Assembly: GCF_900110275.1 (NCBI RefSeq)
Contig: NZ_FODC01000001.1
Location: 759,198-783,197, forward strand
Length of the DNA stretch: 24,000 nt
Direction of reading: 5' to 3'
Source: Duganella sp. CF517
Lineage (GTDB): Bacteria; Pseudomonadota; Gammaproteobacteria; Burkholderiales; Burkholderiaceae_D
Part shown: piece by piece, positions 1 to 8,426 of the stretch
Numbering within the stretch: position 1 is the stretch's first letter
Layout of the letters: the number at the start of each line of letters is the position of its first letter
The notes under the pieces: model-generated
Databases searched by the model: none
Told to the model about the DNA's origin: nothing
What the model saw: the letters and a program-made list of their open reading frames with translations, nothing else
Program-made: the position numbers and the translations under genes

Positions 1-1
1 C

Positions 2-538
2 GGCGAGCTGACCTTATCGATCGCCGGCATCGCCCAGGGCTCGCAGCAAAGCGCCGGCCTGGCCGGCCAGACCCAGGCGGAGGCGGCCGACGGCAGCAAG
101 CTGCTGGCGCGCTCCAAGGACGCCATCGTCGCCATCCAGCAGTCATCGGGGGCGGTGCATGAAATCATCGACACCATCAGCGACATCGCCGGGCAGACCC
201 ACCTGCTGGCGTTCAACGCGGCGATCGAGGCGGCGCGCGCCGGCGAGCACGGCTACGGCTTCTCGGTGGTCGCCAACGAGGTGCGCAAGCTGGCCGAAAA
301 GTCGGCGCTGGCCACCCGCGAGATCGCCAAGCTGATCAACGAGACCGTCAACCGGGTCGGCGAAGGCACGCGGCTGTCGGGCGACGTCGAGGCGGCGTTC
401 GAGCGCATCGTGCAGTCGGTCGCCAAGACCAGCGCGTCGATCGACCAGATCCACGCGTCGACGTCGGCGCAGGCGGCGGCGACGCGCGACGCCTCGTCGC
501 TGCTGACGGAGCTGGAGAGCATGGCGACGGAGCGCTGA
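2..538 (+). CDS. Methyl-accepting chemotaxis protein, C-terminal fragment (5' end lies outside the window)
   Basis: Frame +2 is open from the window edge to TGA at 536-538. The translation contains the MCP signalling-hairpin motif [41 protein letters not shown] CheW-domain gene starts 3 nt downstream. Confidence 0.9.
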   Translation, partial: GELTLSIAGIAQGSQQSAGLAGQTQAEAADGSKLLARSKDAIVAIQQSSGAVHEIIDTISDIAGQTHLLAFNAAIEAARAGEHGYGFSVVANEVRKLAEKSALATREIAKLINETVNRVGEGTRLSGDVEAAFERIVQSVAKTSASIDQIHASTSAQAAATRDASSLLTELESMATER

Positions 539-541
539 CGC

Positions 542-1912
542 ATGGCAGCTCAGGAATCGGCGCCGGCCGCGGGCGCGCTGCGGCTGGCCGTGGCGGCGGT
601 TGGCGCGGTCAACATCGGCGTGGCGATCGACGCGGTGCTGCAAGCCATCCCCGCCAAGGGCGCGCTGAGCGCGCTGCCGCGCCGCCAGGGCGCGCTGTGC
701 GGCGTGGCCGAGCACGCCGGGCGGCTGGTGCCGGTGGTCGATCTGGCGCGCTGGGTCGAGCTGGGCGCGCCACCGGCGGACGTGGAAATCGCCGAGCGCG
801 TCATGATGCTCAGCGACGGCCGGCGCACCATCGGCCTCAAGGTCGACAGCATCCGTGGCTTGACCGATGTCGCGCCGCAGGCTATGTCGCAAGTGCATCA
901 CGACGACGACGGCGAGGAAGTGTTCCACACCGTCGTCAAGTCGGCGGACATGGGACTGGTGCTCAGCATCCTCGACGTCGGCCGCTTGATCGCGCTGGCG
1001 TCGGCCTGGCACGAGTCCGACGGCGACGCCGGGGCGCCGCCATCGGCCCCCGAAGCGCAAGCGGAACACGAGAAGGTGCTGAGCGCGCTGCTGGCGGTGG
1101 GCGACGTCCGCGTGGCGTTGCCCGCCGCCGAGCTGGCCGAGGTGATCCCGCTGCCCGAACTACTTGCCGTCGGCACCGCCGGCAGCAACCGCTATTGCAA
1201 ATGGCGCGACCGCACCATCCCGGTGGTCGACGCCGGCGCGCTGCTCGGCCAGCCCGACGATGGGCGCGGCCGTCTGTTGGCCATCGTGCGGCGCGACGGA
1301 CTGACGCTTGGTTTGCTGGTGCGCGAGGCGATCGAGCTGCGGCCGTTGGCGGTCGCCGGCGCGGTCGCGCCGGACGGCGGCATCGCCGCCACCATCTTCG
1401 AGGAAGGCAGCGGCGAGGTCCGGGTCATCGACACGGCGCTGCTGTTCGCCAGGACGCCGGAGGCCAGCATCAGCCGCAGCGGCGCGCCGACGCAGGACAA
1501 ACGGGAGGCGCAACGCGCCAACACCAGCGCCTATATCGTCTTCCAGACCGATCAGTCGTGCGCGGCGTCGATCGATGCGATGGAGGAGATCCTGCCGCTG
1601 CGGGCCGAGCACATGGATGGGCTGGAGCGCTTGGCGGCCAATATCGAATGGCGCGGACAGGCGGTGCGGCTGGTCGATCTGCGCACCGGGCCGGAGCCGT
1701 CGTCGGCCAAGCCCAGCGCGCGCATCATCGTCGTCAAGGGGGCGAACGGCTACGCCGGGTGCGTGGTGCGCCACGTGCTGCTGCTGATTCCGCCCCATAC
1801 GGGATGGCTGTACCGGATGGCGCTGGCCGGCGCCGGGCCGGTGGAATTCATCACCACCGGCGAAGGCAGCGAGCAGGTCAGTTACCGCACCGTCGACCTG
1901 GCGAACCGCTAG
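542..1912 (+). CDS. CheW-like scaffold protein with three tandem CheW domains (456 aa)
   Basis: ATG at 542 is preceded by GGAG. Three segments each show the CheW pattern, namely ...G(x)nRLVPVVDLARW...IGLKVDSIRGL, ...WRDRTIPVVDAGALLG...LGLLVREAIEL and ...WRGQAVRLVDLR...IIVV. No kinase, HPt or REC domain is present. Confidence 0.85.
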   Translation: MAAQESAPAAGALRLAVAAVGAVNIGVAIDAVLQAIPAKGALSALPRRQGALCGVAEHAGRLVPVVDLARWVELGAPPADVEIAERVMMLSDGRRTIGLKVDSIRGLTDVAPQAMSQVHHDDDGEEVFHTVVKSADMGLVLSILDVGRLIALASAWHESDGDAGAPPSAPEAQAEHEKVLSALLAVGDVRVALPAAELAEVIPLPELLAVGTAGSNRYCKWRDRTIPVVDAGALLGQPDDGRGRLLAIVRRDGLTLGLLVREAIELRPLAVAGAVAPDGGIAATIFEEGSGEVRVIDTALLFARTPEASISRSGAPTQDKREAQRANTSAYIVFQTDQSCAASIDAMEEILPLRAEHMDGLERLAANIEWRGQAVRLVDLRTGPEPSSAKPSARIIVVKGANGYAGCVVRHVLLLIPPHTGWLYRMALAGAGPVEFITTGEGSEQVSYRTVDLANR

Positions 1913-1916
1913 GCGA

Positions 1917-3152
1917 TCAGCCCTTGCTGCCGGCCACCCACTTCATGCCGAAGTTGTATTTGCGATCCATCACCTCGTGCATGCTCTTGCCGCCTTCCGG
2001 CACGATGTAATCGATCAGCTTGGTCACCTGCAGCTTGCCGCCGACATTCTCGATCATGGCGATCGCGCACATGCGCTGGCTGGCGCCCTGGTCCAGGCGC
2101 ACCTCGATCGGCGGCTGGTCCGGCACGTTGATCGTGACGACGCCATCGGTCGCCGCCCAGTTCGGCGCGCCCTCGTAGATGAACGCGAAAATCAGGGCCC
2201 GCTTGATCTCGTCGAAGCGCTGGCCGTTGATCGTCAAATTCTCGCCATCGACATTGGCCCCGGTGCGGTCGTCGGCGGCCAGCTGGATGTAAGGCTTGGC
2301 GTCGAAGTTGCCGAAACTGTTGCCCAGCGCCTGCACCACGCCCTTGGAGCCGTCGTTGAGCTCGAACATGCACGCCAGGTCCAGATCCAGTCCCTTGGAC
2401 GGGCGCAGGCCGCCGGTCAGCTTGGACAGGAAGCCGCCCTTCTCGACCGGCGCGACGGCGCCCGAGCGGGCCCAGTTCAGGTTGACATGGATGCGGCCGA
2501 AACCGCGCGACGCCGATTTCTCCAGCGAGATCTTGTCGCCGCGCTTCTCCAGTGTGATCTTCGACAGCGACACCTTGGCCTGCGGCGCCGGCGCCGGTGC
2601 CGGCGCCGACGGAGGAGCCGCCGCGGCCGAAGGGGCCGAAGCCGACGCGCTCTCGCTGCCGCCGAAATGCGTCAGCAACGCCGACAAGCCGCCATTGAAG
2701 CCCTGCCCCACGGCGCCGAAACGCCACAGCCCGTCCTTGCGATAGATCTCGGCCAGGATCACCGCCTTCTCGTCCTGGAAGTCGGCGCCGGCCAGCGGGA
2801 ACTGCGCCACGCCGCCGACCGTCACGCTGCCCTGGCCCAGCGAGCGCATCGCGCCGCTGTCGATGGCGGCGGTGAACACCAGCTTGGAGATCGACTCCGG
2901 CAGCGCCGCCAGGTTGACGGCGAAGCTGGAACGGTCGCCCGAGATGCTCAGCTTGACGGCGTCGCCGGGGCTGGCCAGCTGGTTGTAGAACACCATGTAA
3001 CGGTCGTCCGACAGGCGCTCGCCGGCGTCGAGGCCGAAGCACGAGACGTCGGCGCTGGTGCCGGCGATCTTCAGTTCCACATCGACGGTGAACGACTGGC
3101 CGCAGCCCAGGTCGTCGAGTTTGCTTTTTTGTCCACGCGAGAATTGTTTCAT
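1917..3152 (-). CDS. terA: TerA-like protein with two TerD-family domains joined by an Ala/Pro/Ser linker (411 aa)
   Basis: The N-terminal domain ends in the TerD C-terminal signature WRFGAVGQGFNGGLSALLTHFGG. The linker is ESASASAPSAAAAPPSAPAPAPAPQ. The C-terminal domain has a DDRTG...DGE Ca-site-like motif. ATG at 3152 is preceded by GAGGTG 6 nt upstream; an in-frame GTG at 3161 is an alternative start. Confidence 0.85.
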   Translation of the reverse strand: MKQFSRGQKSKLDDLGCGQSFTVDVELKIAGTSADVSCFGLDAGERLSDDRYMVFYNQLASPGDAVKLSISGDRSSFAVNLAALPESISKLVFTAAIDSGAMRSLGQGSVTVGGVAQFPLAGADFQDEKAVILAEIYRKDGLWRFGAVGQGFNGGLSALLTHFGGSESASASAPSAAAAPPSAPAPAPAPQAKVSLSKITLEKRGDKISLEKSASRGFGRIHVNLNWARSGAVAPVEKGGFLSKLTGGLRPSKGLDLDLACMFELNDGSKGVVQALGNSFGNFDAKPYIQLAADDRTGANVDGENLTINGQRFDEIKRALIFAFIYEGAPNWAATDGVVTINVPDQPPIEVRLDQGASQRMCAIAMIENVGGKLQVTKLIDYIVPEGGKSMHEVMDRKYNFGMKWVAGSKG

Positions 3153-3157
3153 TTCGA

Positions 3158-4114
3158 TCACCTCAGAATAGTTTGACTCGTTAACATCGGCGAAGTTGCG
3201 ACCGGCGGCGTTGCGGTCGGCATCGCATCCTGCCCCTGGCGCGGATGCGATCCGAACAGCCGCGAGCGTTCAAGCGTGCTCTCGGCCCAGGCGCGATGGG
3301 TCGCCACCTCGCACATCGACTGGTTCATCGCGAACACCGCCGGGCTGTCCGGCCGCAGGATGGCGGAGGCCTCCTCCAGGTCGCTGGCGGAGACGCGGTA
3401 ATGGCTTTCGATCGGATCGATCTGGCTCGGATGGATCGCCGTCTTGCCCACCATGCCGTGCGCCAGGTCTTCGTTGACCTCCTCGGCCAGCAGTTGCGGC
3501 AGGTCCAGATGCTCGAACACCGGCGCCGTCAGCGCGAAGCCGTGCGGACGGAAGGTCGTCACCAGGCGGCCGATCACCGGCCCCAGCGGCGTGCGGTAGA
3601 TCGTCATGTTGCGCGGCCGGCGCAAGCCCAGCAGCGCCAGCAGGTCGTTGCCGCCGATGCGCAGCGCCACCACCCGCTCGCGGATGCCGGGCGAGCCGAT
3701 CAGATGGCGCAGCGCGTGCATCTCGGCGTCGTAGAACACCTCGGCCGTCTCCAGCGTCGGCATCAGCACGTGCGCGGTGTCGCGCACCAGGTTGCAGTAC
3801 ATCGGCAGGTTGTACTGGGTGGCCTTGGGAATGACGAAGCCGGTCAGCTTGTCGGCGCCCGGCATGGCCAGCACCCGCGTCATCACATCCAGGTTGCGCA
3901 CGCGCACGAAGCGCTCGGCCTGGCTATCGACCGGCATATTGGCCAGCACCAGCGACAGGTTGAACAAGGCGTAGCTGAGCTCACGGTCGGCGACCGCGTC
4001 CTCGGTGCACATGATCAGCGAGCGCACATTGCCCAGGCGCGTGCCGCTGGCGACGTCCATCAGATATTTGTGGGTCGCCGGCACGTACAGCGAAGCCCCT
4101 AGTGTCTTAACCAT
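3158..4114 (-). CDS. HpcH/HpaI aldolase / citrate lyase beta (CitE)-like C-C bond lyase, Ter-associated type (318 aa)
   Basis: The translation carries CitE/HpcH-like motifs (RVRNLD..., ALRIGGNDLLALLG, GKTAIHPSQI). ATG at 4114 has AGGAG 8 nt upstream and lies 2 nt after the stop of the upstream gene. The part of the track ORF upstream of this start (to 4222) overlaps the preceding gene and is rejected. Confidence 0.8.
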   Translation of the reverse strand: MVKTLGASLYVPATHKYLMDVASGTRLGNVRSLIMCTEDAVADRELSYALFNLSLVLANMPVDSQAERFVRVRNLDVMTRVLAMPGADKLTGFVIPKATQYNLPMYCNLVRDTAHVLMPTLETAEVFYDAEMHALRHLIGSPGIRERVVALRIGGNDLLALLGLRRPRNMTIYRTPLGPVIGRLVTTFRPHGFALTAPVFEHLDLPQLLAEEVNEDLAHGMVGKTAIHPSQIDPIESHYRVSASDLEEASAILRPDSPAVFAMNQSMCEVATHRAWAESTLERSRLFGSHPRQGQDAMPTATPPVATSPMLTSQTILR

Positions 4115-5255
4115 CGGCGATACTCCTGATGATGGAAACGGCCTGGTATGGCAGCTCCGGATCGAGTTGCACCGGCACGTCTTTTTCGCGTGCCAGCACC
4201 AGCAAATGGGCGACGTCGGCACTGGCCGCGTCGCGCACGATCAGCCTGTCCGGCGAGCGCCGCAGCAACACGCGCGTCGCCTCGCCCAGGCCGGGTTTGA
4301 TCAGGTTGCGGTCGGCGACGCCGTGCGCGCGCTTGGCCGTCCGCATGTAGCCGCGCGACACCTGCGCCGCCGTCGCGCGCGCGGTCTCGGTGGCGAGGTC
4401 GGCCAACGCGGTGGTGGCGCTGGCCGGCTCGCTGGCCGGGCCGATGACGGCGTCGATCGCGGCCGGCCCTTCGGCCCATTGTCGCGCCAGTTCGACCAGG
4501 CGGTCGGCGAAGGCGCGCGACTGGTCCTGCGGCTCGAACTCGGCGTAGTAGACGCAGCCGTGGAAGTCGTCCGGGCCGATCGCGTCGTTCAGGATCGAGC
4601 GGCTGACCAGGCCGGACACGGTGGCGTTCAGGATGCTCGACGGGATCAGGTAATCGTCATGGCCGGCGGCGCAGGCGGCCACGCCGGCCAGGTCGGACAG
4701 CACGTACAGGCCGCTGTCGATGGCGCAGCCGTGGCGCGCATTGAACAGCGCCATGCTGGCGTGCAGTTCGGCGGCGATGACGCCCTTGCCGGTCCAGCCG
4801 TCGACGAAGACGATCGATTCCGGCGCGTGGCCCTGCGCCAGGATATATTCCAGCGCGACCTGGTCGATGCCGCGGTCGCGGATGATGGACAGCGAATAAT
4901 GCGCGACCTCGCGGCCGAACACGCCGCCGAGCAGGCGCTTGAGCACCACGCCGACCGGCGTGCCGGCGCGCGCCAGCGAGACCAGCGTCACCGGGCCGGC
5001 GCGGCGGCGCGCGATCAGGCCGGCCAGGGTCACGCAGTCGCGCGCCATGCGCTGCAGGTTGGCCGCGCAGGCCTGGCCGAACACGTCCAGGTAGCGCGGC
5101 GACGGCAGCGACTCGCGCGACAGCATCTCGCTGTAATGGCGCTGTCCCGACTGGATCAGGCGTTCCTTGTCGGGCACGTCGACGAACGAGGCCAGCGCCA
5201 GCGGCTTGAGCAGGAAGCGCACGTCGTCGCCATGGTAGCTGCCGCTGAAGTTCAT
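4107..5255 (-). CDS. Phosphoribosyltransferase-like protein with a C-terminal PELOTA/L7Ae-like domain (StiP-like, Ter-associated PRTase_1 type; 382 aa)
   Basis: A variant PRPP-loop segment ESIVFVDGWTGKGVI is present. The C-terminal ~80 aa (ADVAHLLVLAREKDVPVQLDPELPYQAVSII) resemble the PELOTA-like domain fused to this PRTase family; the family assignment is from memory and needs an HMM check. ATG at 5255 overlaps the upstream stop (ATGA). Confidence 0.72.
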   Translation of the reverse strand: MNFSGSYHGDDVRFLLKPLALASFVDVPDKERLIQSGQRHYSEMLSRESLPSPRYLDVFGQACAANLQRMARDCVTLAGLIARRRAGPVTLVSLARAGTPVGVVLKRLLGGVFGREVAHYSLSIIRDRGIDQVALEYILAQGHAPESIVFVDGWTGKGVIAAELHASMALFNARHGCAIDSGLYVLSDLAGVAACAAGHDDYLIPSSILNATVSGLVSRSILNDAIGPDDFHGCVYYAEFEPQDQSRAFADRLVELARQWAEGPAAIDAVIGPASEPASATTALADLATETARATAAQVSRGYMRTAKRAHGVADRNLIKPGLGEATRVLLRRSPDRLIVRDAASADVAHLLVLAREKDVPVQLDPELPYQAVSIIRSIADG

Positions 5256-6004
5256 AGCGGCTCCAGGGCGACCCCGGCCAGTTGCGTGCCGCGCGGCACG
5301 ATGGCGTAGTCGCAGGCGGCCATGAAGCGCGCGTCGGAACGGCTGTCGCCGATGCCGAAGGTCAGGATAGCGCCATGCTCGGCGCGCAGCAGCTCGGTCA
5401 CGTAGGCCACCGCGTGCGACTTGTTCAGCGCGTTGGGCAGGATCGCCAGGTTGTTGGCGTTGCGGTGGACGAAATAGTCGTGGCCGCGCGCTTCCAGCCA
5501 CGGGCGCACCACCTCGCGCTCGATCGGCTCGAGCCGGGCGGCGATCTTGTCGGCGTCCTTGATCAGCAGATAGAAAGGAATCGAATAATCCTCGACGATG
5601 CGGGTGCGGCTGCGCTGGCCGGCGGCTTCCACGTAGGCGTCGATCAGGCGGCCCAGTTCGGCCAGGCCGTCCTGCGCGGCCAGCATCGCCGGGCGCATGC
5701 GTTCGAGCCAGGAACGGTCGGCGCTGCCGTCCGGCAGCAGCACCACGCCGCCGTAGTTGATCACGGCGTAGCTGGTGAAGTCGATCTTGACGCGGCCGTA
5801 GGCGTCCTGGTTGCGCGCCGTCGCGGGAATGATGGTCATGCCGTCATTCATGAATTCGAACATCGCGCGCTGGCCGGCGGTGGTGAACGAACAGGCGACG
5901 CCGTCCTTGAGCACGGCCGCCGGTTCGAGGTCGTCGCGCCCGGCGCACTTTTCCAGCGATTGGAACAGTGTGTCGTCCAGGTCAGCAAACAGGAATTTCT
6001 TCAA
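5252..6004 (-). CDS. HAD-superfamily phosphatase (250 aa)
   Basis: HAD motif I FADLDDT sits immediately after the start. Motif II-like IIPATARN and motif IV GIGDSRSD are also present. The only start compatible with motif I is TTG at 6004, with GAGTGAGG 6 nt upstream, and it lies inside the last 23 nt of the upstream gene. Confidence 0.8.
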   Translation of the reverse strand: MKKFLFADLDDTLFQSLEKCAGRDDLEPAAVLKDGVACSFTTAGQRAMFEFMNDGMTIIPATARNQDAYGRVKIDFTSYAVINYGGVVLLPDGSADRSWLERMRPAMLAAQDGLAELGRLIDAYVEAAGQRSRTRIVEDYSIPFYLLIKDADKIAARLEPIEREVVRPWLEARGHDYFVHRNANNLAILPNALNKSHAVAYVTELLRAEHGAILTFGIGDSRSDARFMAACDYAIVPRGTQLAGVALEPL

Positions 6005-7184
6005 TCGAGGCCTCACTCTTAAAATGGAACAGACGCGCCTTGAGCAGCGCGGCCAGCTCGAACAACGCGGCGTTGGGCGGCGTCTCGTGGCAAATGAAAA
6101 CATGGTCGTACTGACCGGGGGCGACGTTGTACAAAAAATTGGGGATGCCTTCGCCATAGTTGTCGGCGAACGCCAGGGCGTGGGCCACCGCGCCCCAGCG
6201 GCGGATCGGCGAGCGCGTGGTCGACTGCACCAGCACCTCGACACCGTCGCGCGCCAGCCCGGCGCCGAGCGCATAGGCCGCGTGCATGAATTCGCCAGTG
6301 CCCAGCACCAGCACGGTCTGGCCGTCGGCGATGTCGGCGGCCAGACCGGACACCAGCGCCGGCGGCAGGCGCAGCGGCGTGGTGCGGCCGCGGCGGCCGA
6401 ACCGGTCGCTGGCGCCGCGCTCGGCGTCGGCGTCGAAACGCTGCGCCGGCGCCGCGGCCGATTCCATCGCCCCCGGCGTGAAACGGTAGCTGCCGTGCAG
6501 GCAGGCGCCCAAGGTCATCGGCAGCGCGCACCGTTCCGCCAAGGCCGCGACGCCCTGCTCGCCCATGAAATTGGTGATCACCGCCAGATGCAGGTGACCG
6601 AGGGTCGGCTTCGCCCCGGGCTGCACCTGGCGGCAAGCGTTCAGCAGGTTGACGAAGGTGTTGCCGGTGCTGGCCTCGTCGTCGACCAGCACCAGCGAGC
6701 GCATGCCGGTGAACAGCGCGCGCTGCGCCGGATCGGCCGGCCAGTGCAGGAACTGGCGCGGCGCATGGCTGTGCGCCTCCTCGAATTCGATCAGCGCTTC
6801 GTCGCCGACCCGGTAGCGGGTGGTGTGCAGGAACAGCGCCGGCTGGTCCGGATGGGCGCGTTGCCAGGCCTCGAACATGCCCTGCCCCAGGCCGATGCCG
6901 GTTTCGGCCATCGAGATGAACACAACCGGCCCCGGCAGATCCGGCACGCCGGCCGCCAGGCGCTCGTGGATCTCGGCCATGCGTTGCGGCGTCACCGGCC
7001 AGTGCTTGCCCAGCACCTTGCTCAGGAACAGGAAGCCGCGCTTGGCGTTGTCGCGCGCGGCAAAGCCCAGCAGGCTGTCGGGCGGAAACTCGCTGCCGGT
7101 CACGCGCAGTTCCAGCGTGCCGGTCGGCAGTTCCACCTCGACATCGGCTGGAAACGGCGCGGGCAATGGCGATGGCCCGTTCAT
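5982..7184 (-). CDS. Phosphoribosyltransferase (PRTase_2-like) with a C-terminal TRSP-like domain, Ter-associated (400 aa)
   Basis: A canonical PRPP-binding loop SLVLVDDEASTGNTF is present. The C-terminal half (TVLVLGTGEFMHAAYALG...VFICHETP) matches my recollection of the TRSP domain. ATG at 7184 overlaps the ATP-grasp stop (ATGA). Confidence 0.75.
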   Translation of the reverse strand: MNGPSPLPAPFPADVEVELPTGTLELRVTGSEFPPDSLLGFAARDNAKRGFLFLSKVLGKHWPVTPQRMAEIHERLAAGVPDLPGPVVFISMAETGIGLGQGMFEAWQRAHPDQPALFLHTTRYRVGDEALIEFEEAHSHAPRQFLHWPADPAQRALFTGMRSLVLVDDEASTGNTFVNLLNACRQVQPGAKPTLGHLHLAVITNFMGEQGVAALAERCALPMTLGACLHGSYRFTPGAMESAAAPAQRFDADAERGASDRFGRRGRTTPLRLPPALVSGLAADIADGQTVLVLGTGEFMHAAYALGAGLARDGVEVLVQSTTRSPIRRWGAVAHALAFADNYGEGIPNFLYNVAPGQYDHVFICHETPPNAALFELAALLKARLFHFKSEASIEEIPVC

Positions 7185-8227
7185 GGCAATGCCACCGCCG
7201 TGCCCAGCTCGCCCACGCGCAGGCCGTCGCGCACCGCCAGTTGTTCCGGCCCGAACCCTTCATGGCCGTCGACAAAGCCGACCAGCGCCAGGTAAGGCAG
7301 GTTCGGTCCCGCCAGGCAGGCCATGCCGATGCCGCCCGAGGCGCGGGCGTTGATCTCGAGCAGGCGCAGGCCGCCCCGGCCTTCGCGGAACTGCACGTTG
7401 AACATGCCGCTCAGGCCGAAGTCGGCGGCCAGCTTGGCGCACGACTCGACGATGTCGGCGCGCATGTCGATCACCTGGCCTTGGCCCGGCTGCGGCAGCT
7501 TCTTGCGGGCCACCGCAGCGACCAGATGGCCGTTGGCGCCAACGCAATCGACGCTGTATTCGTAGCCGTCGAGGTATTCCATCAGCAACATGGTGCGGAA
7601 GGTTTCCAGCTCGGCCAAGCCGCGGCGCAGGTCGCCCAGGCCGATGCGGTAGCTGGCGCCGGCCAGCAGCAACGCGGCGCTGCTGCGCTCCTCGTCCAGT
7701 ACGCTGAAGCCCAGGCCGTAGACCGAGCGCGCCGGCTTGACGCACAGCTCCTTGTGCAGCGGACGCAGCTCGGCGTGGGCGGCCTCGAACTGGGCGATGT
7801 CCTTGAAGATGCGGAAGTCCGGCGGCGGCGCCAGCGGCAGATCGACGCCGGCGTAGAAGGCGGCCTTGTCGTCGATGATGTCGAGCTGGTCGGCGGCCGC
7901 CGCGCTGAGCACGCGCACGCCATGCTCGAGGAAGCGCCCGGGCGCCGCGCTCAGCGCGGACGCGTGCTTGGCCGGCGCGAACACGTCGATCCGGTGTTCG
8001 CGGCAAAATTGCAGGCACCAGTCGACATAATCAGCCGCCGTCAAGCCTTTCGGCTCGAGGTGGAACTCGTGCGCGGCGCCGGCGGCCGGGGTGTGGGCAT
8101 GCGGGTGCGTATACATCGTATGGAAGCGACCGGCGTGGTCGGCCTCGCGGATGAGCGTGAGCACGTTCGCGATGGACGAGAAGGCGCTGTTATACCAGAC
8201 GCGGCATACCCGTTCCGGCGCGCTCAC
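7181..8227 (-). CDS. ATP-grasp enzyme, Ter-associated type (348 aa)
   Basis: ATP-grasp signatures are present: LLMEYLDGYEYSVDCV and FNVQFREGRGGLRLLEINARASGG. GTG start at 8227 with GGAG about 9-12 nt upstream. It is the first gene of the six-gene operon. Confidence 0.8.
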   Translation of the reverse strand: MSAPERVCRVWYNSAFSSIANVLTLIREADHAGRFHTMYTHPHAHTPAAGAAHEFHLEPKGLTAADYVDWCLQFCREHRIDVFAPAKHASALSAAPGRFLEHGVRVLSAAAADQLDIIDDKAAFYAGVDLPLAPPPDFRIFKDIAQFEAAHAELRPLHKELCVKPARSVYGLGFSVLDEERSSAALLLAGASYRIGLGDLRRGLAELETFRTMLLMEYLDGYEYSVDCVGANGHLVAAVARKKLPQPGQGQVIDMRADIVESCAKLAADFGLSGMFNVQFREGRGGLRLLEINARASGGIGMACLAGPNLPYLALVGFVDGHEGFGPEQLAVRDGLRVGELGTAVALP

Positions 8228-8350
8228 GGCAACGCTCCGGACAGGTCGGTGTGCGTTCCCGTGCTCAAATAAATGCTCATGCAGTCCCCATGTCGATCGA
8301 TGATAAATAAGATGTGTGGCGGCGCGGGCACAGACCTCGCGCGCACGAGC

Positions 8351-8378
8351 AAACCGGGAGACGAAGGCCTCCCGGTTT
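8351..8378 (-). terminator. Putative intrinsic terminator hairpin downstream of terD
   Basis: A perfect 10-bp stem AAACCGGGAG / CTCCCGGTTT with an 8-nt loop lies 49 nt after the terD stop. The U-tract is only the TTT at the stem end, so it is weak as a canonical terminator. Confidence 0.45.
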
Positions 8379-8426
8379 GAACGTTCGGCGCACGACCGGC
8401 GCCGGATTGCTTACTGGTACTAAGTA

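Noticed and set aside
143-2010. Long ORFs 143..1069(-), 697..2010(+), 1160..1798(-) and smaller ORFs overlapping the MCP and CheW genes
   Set aside because: Their translations are Arg/Gly/Ala/Pro-rich with no recognisable motifs. The overlapping frames encode clear MCP and CheW domains instead.
3153-3161. GTG at 3161 as the TerA-like start (GTGA overlap with the lyase stop)
   Set aside because: It is possible, but ATG at 3152 has a well-spaced GAGGTG SD. The difference is only 3 codons, so it is kept as an alternative.
1909-3176. ORFs 1909..3042(-) and 1977..3176(+) overlapping the TerA-like gene
   Set aside because: They are off-frame or antisense to a well-supported two-domain TerD-family protein, and their composition is the high-GC artefact type.
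3245-8272. Plus-strand ORFs 3245..4102, 4005..5309, 5282..6022, 5811..7295 and 7166..8272, and the alternate minus frames 6019..7275 and 7260..8018
   Set aside because: All are antisense to or out of frame with the six motif-bearing Ter-operon genes, and their translations lack motifs and are Arg/Ala/Gly-rich. The 5' extensions of the track ORFs ending at 4222, 5501 and 6274 were also trimmed. They overlap upstream genes, and downstream starts with RBS and coupling signals fit better.
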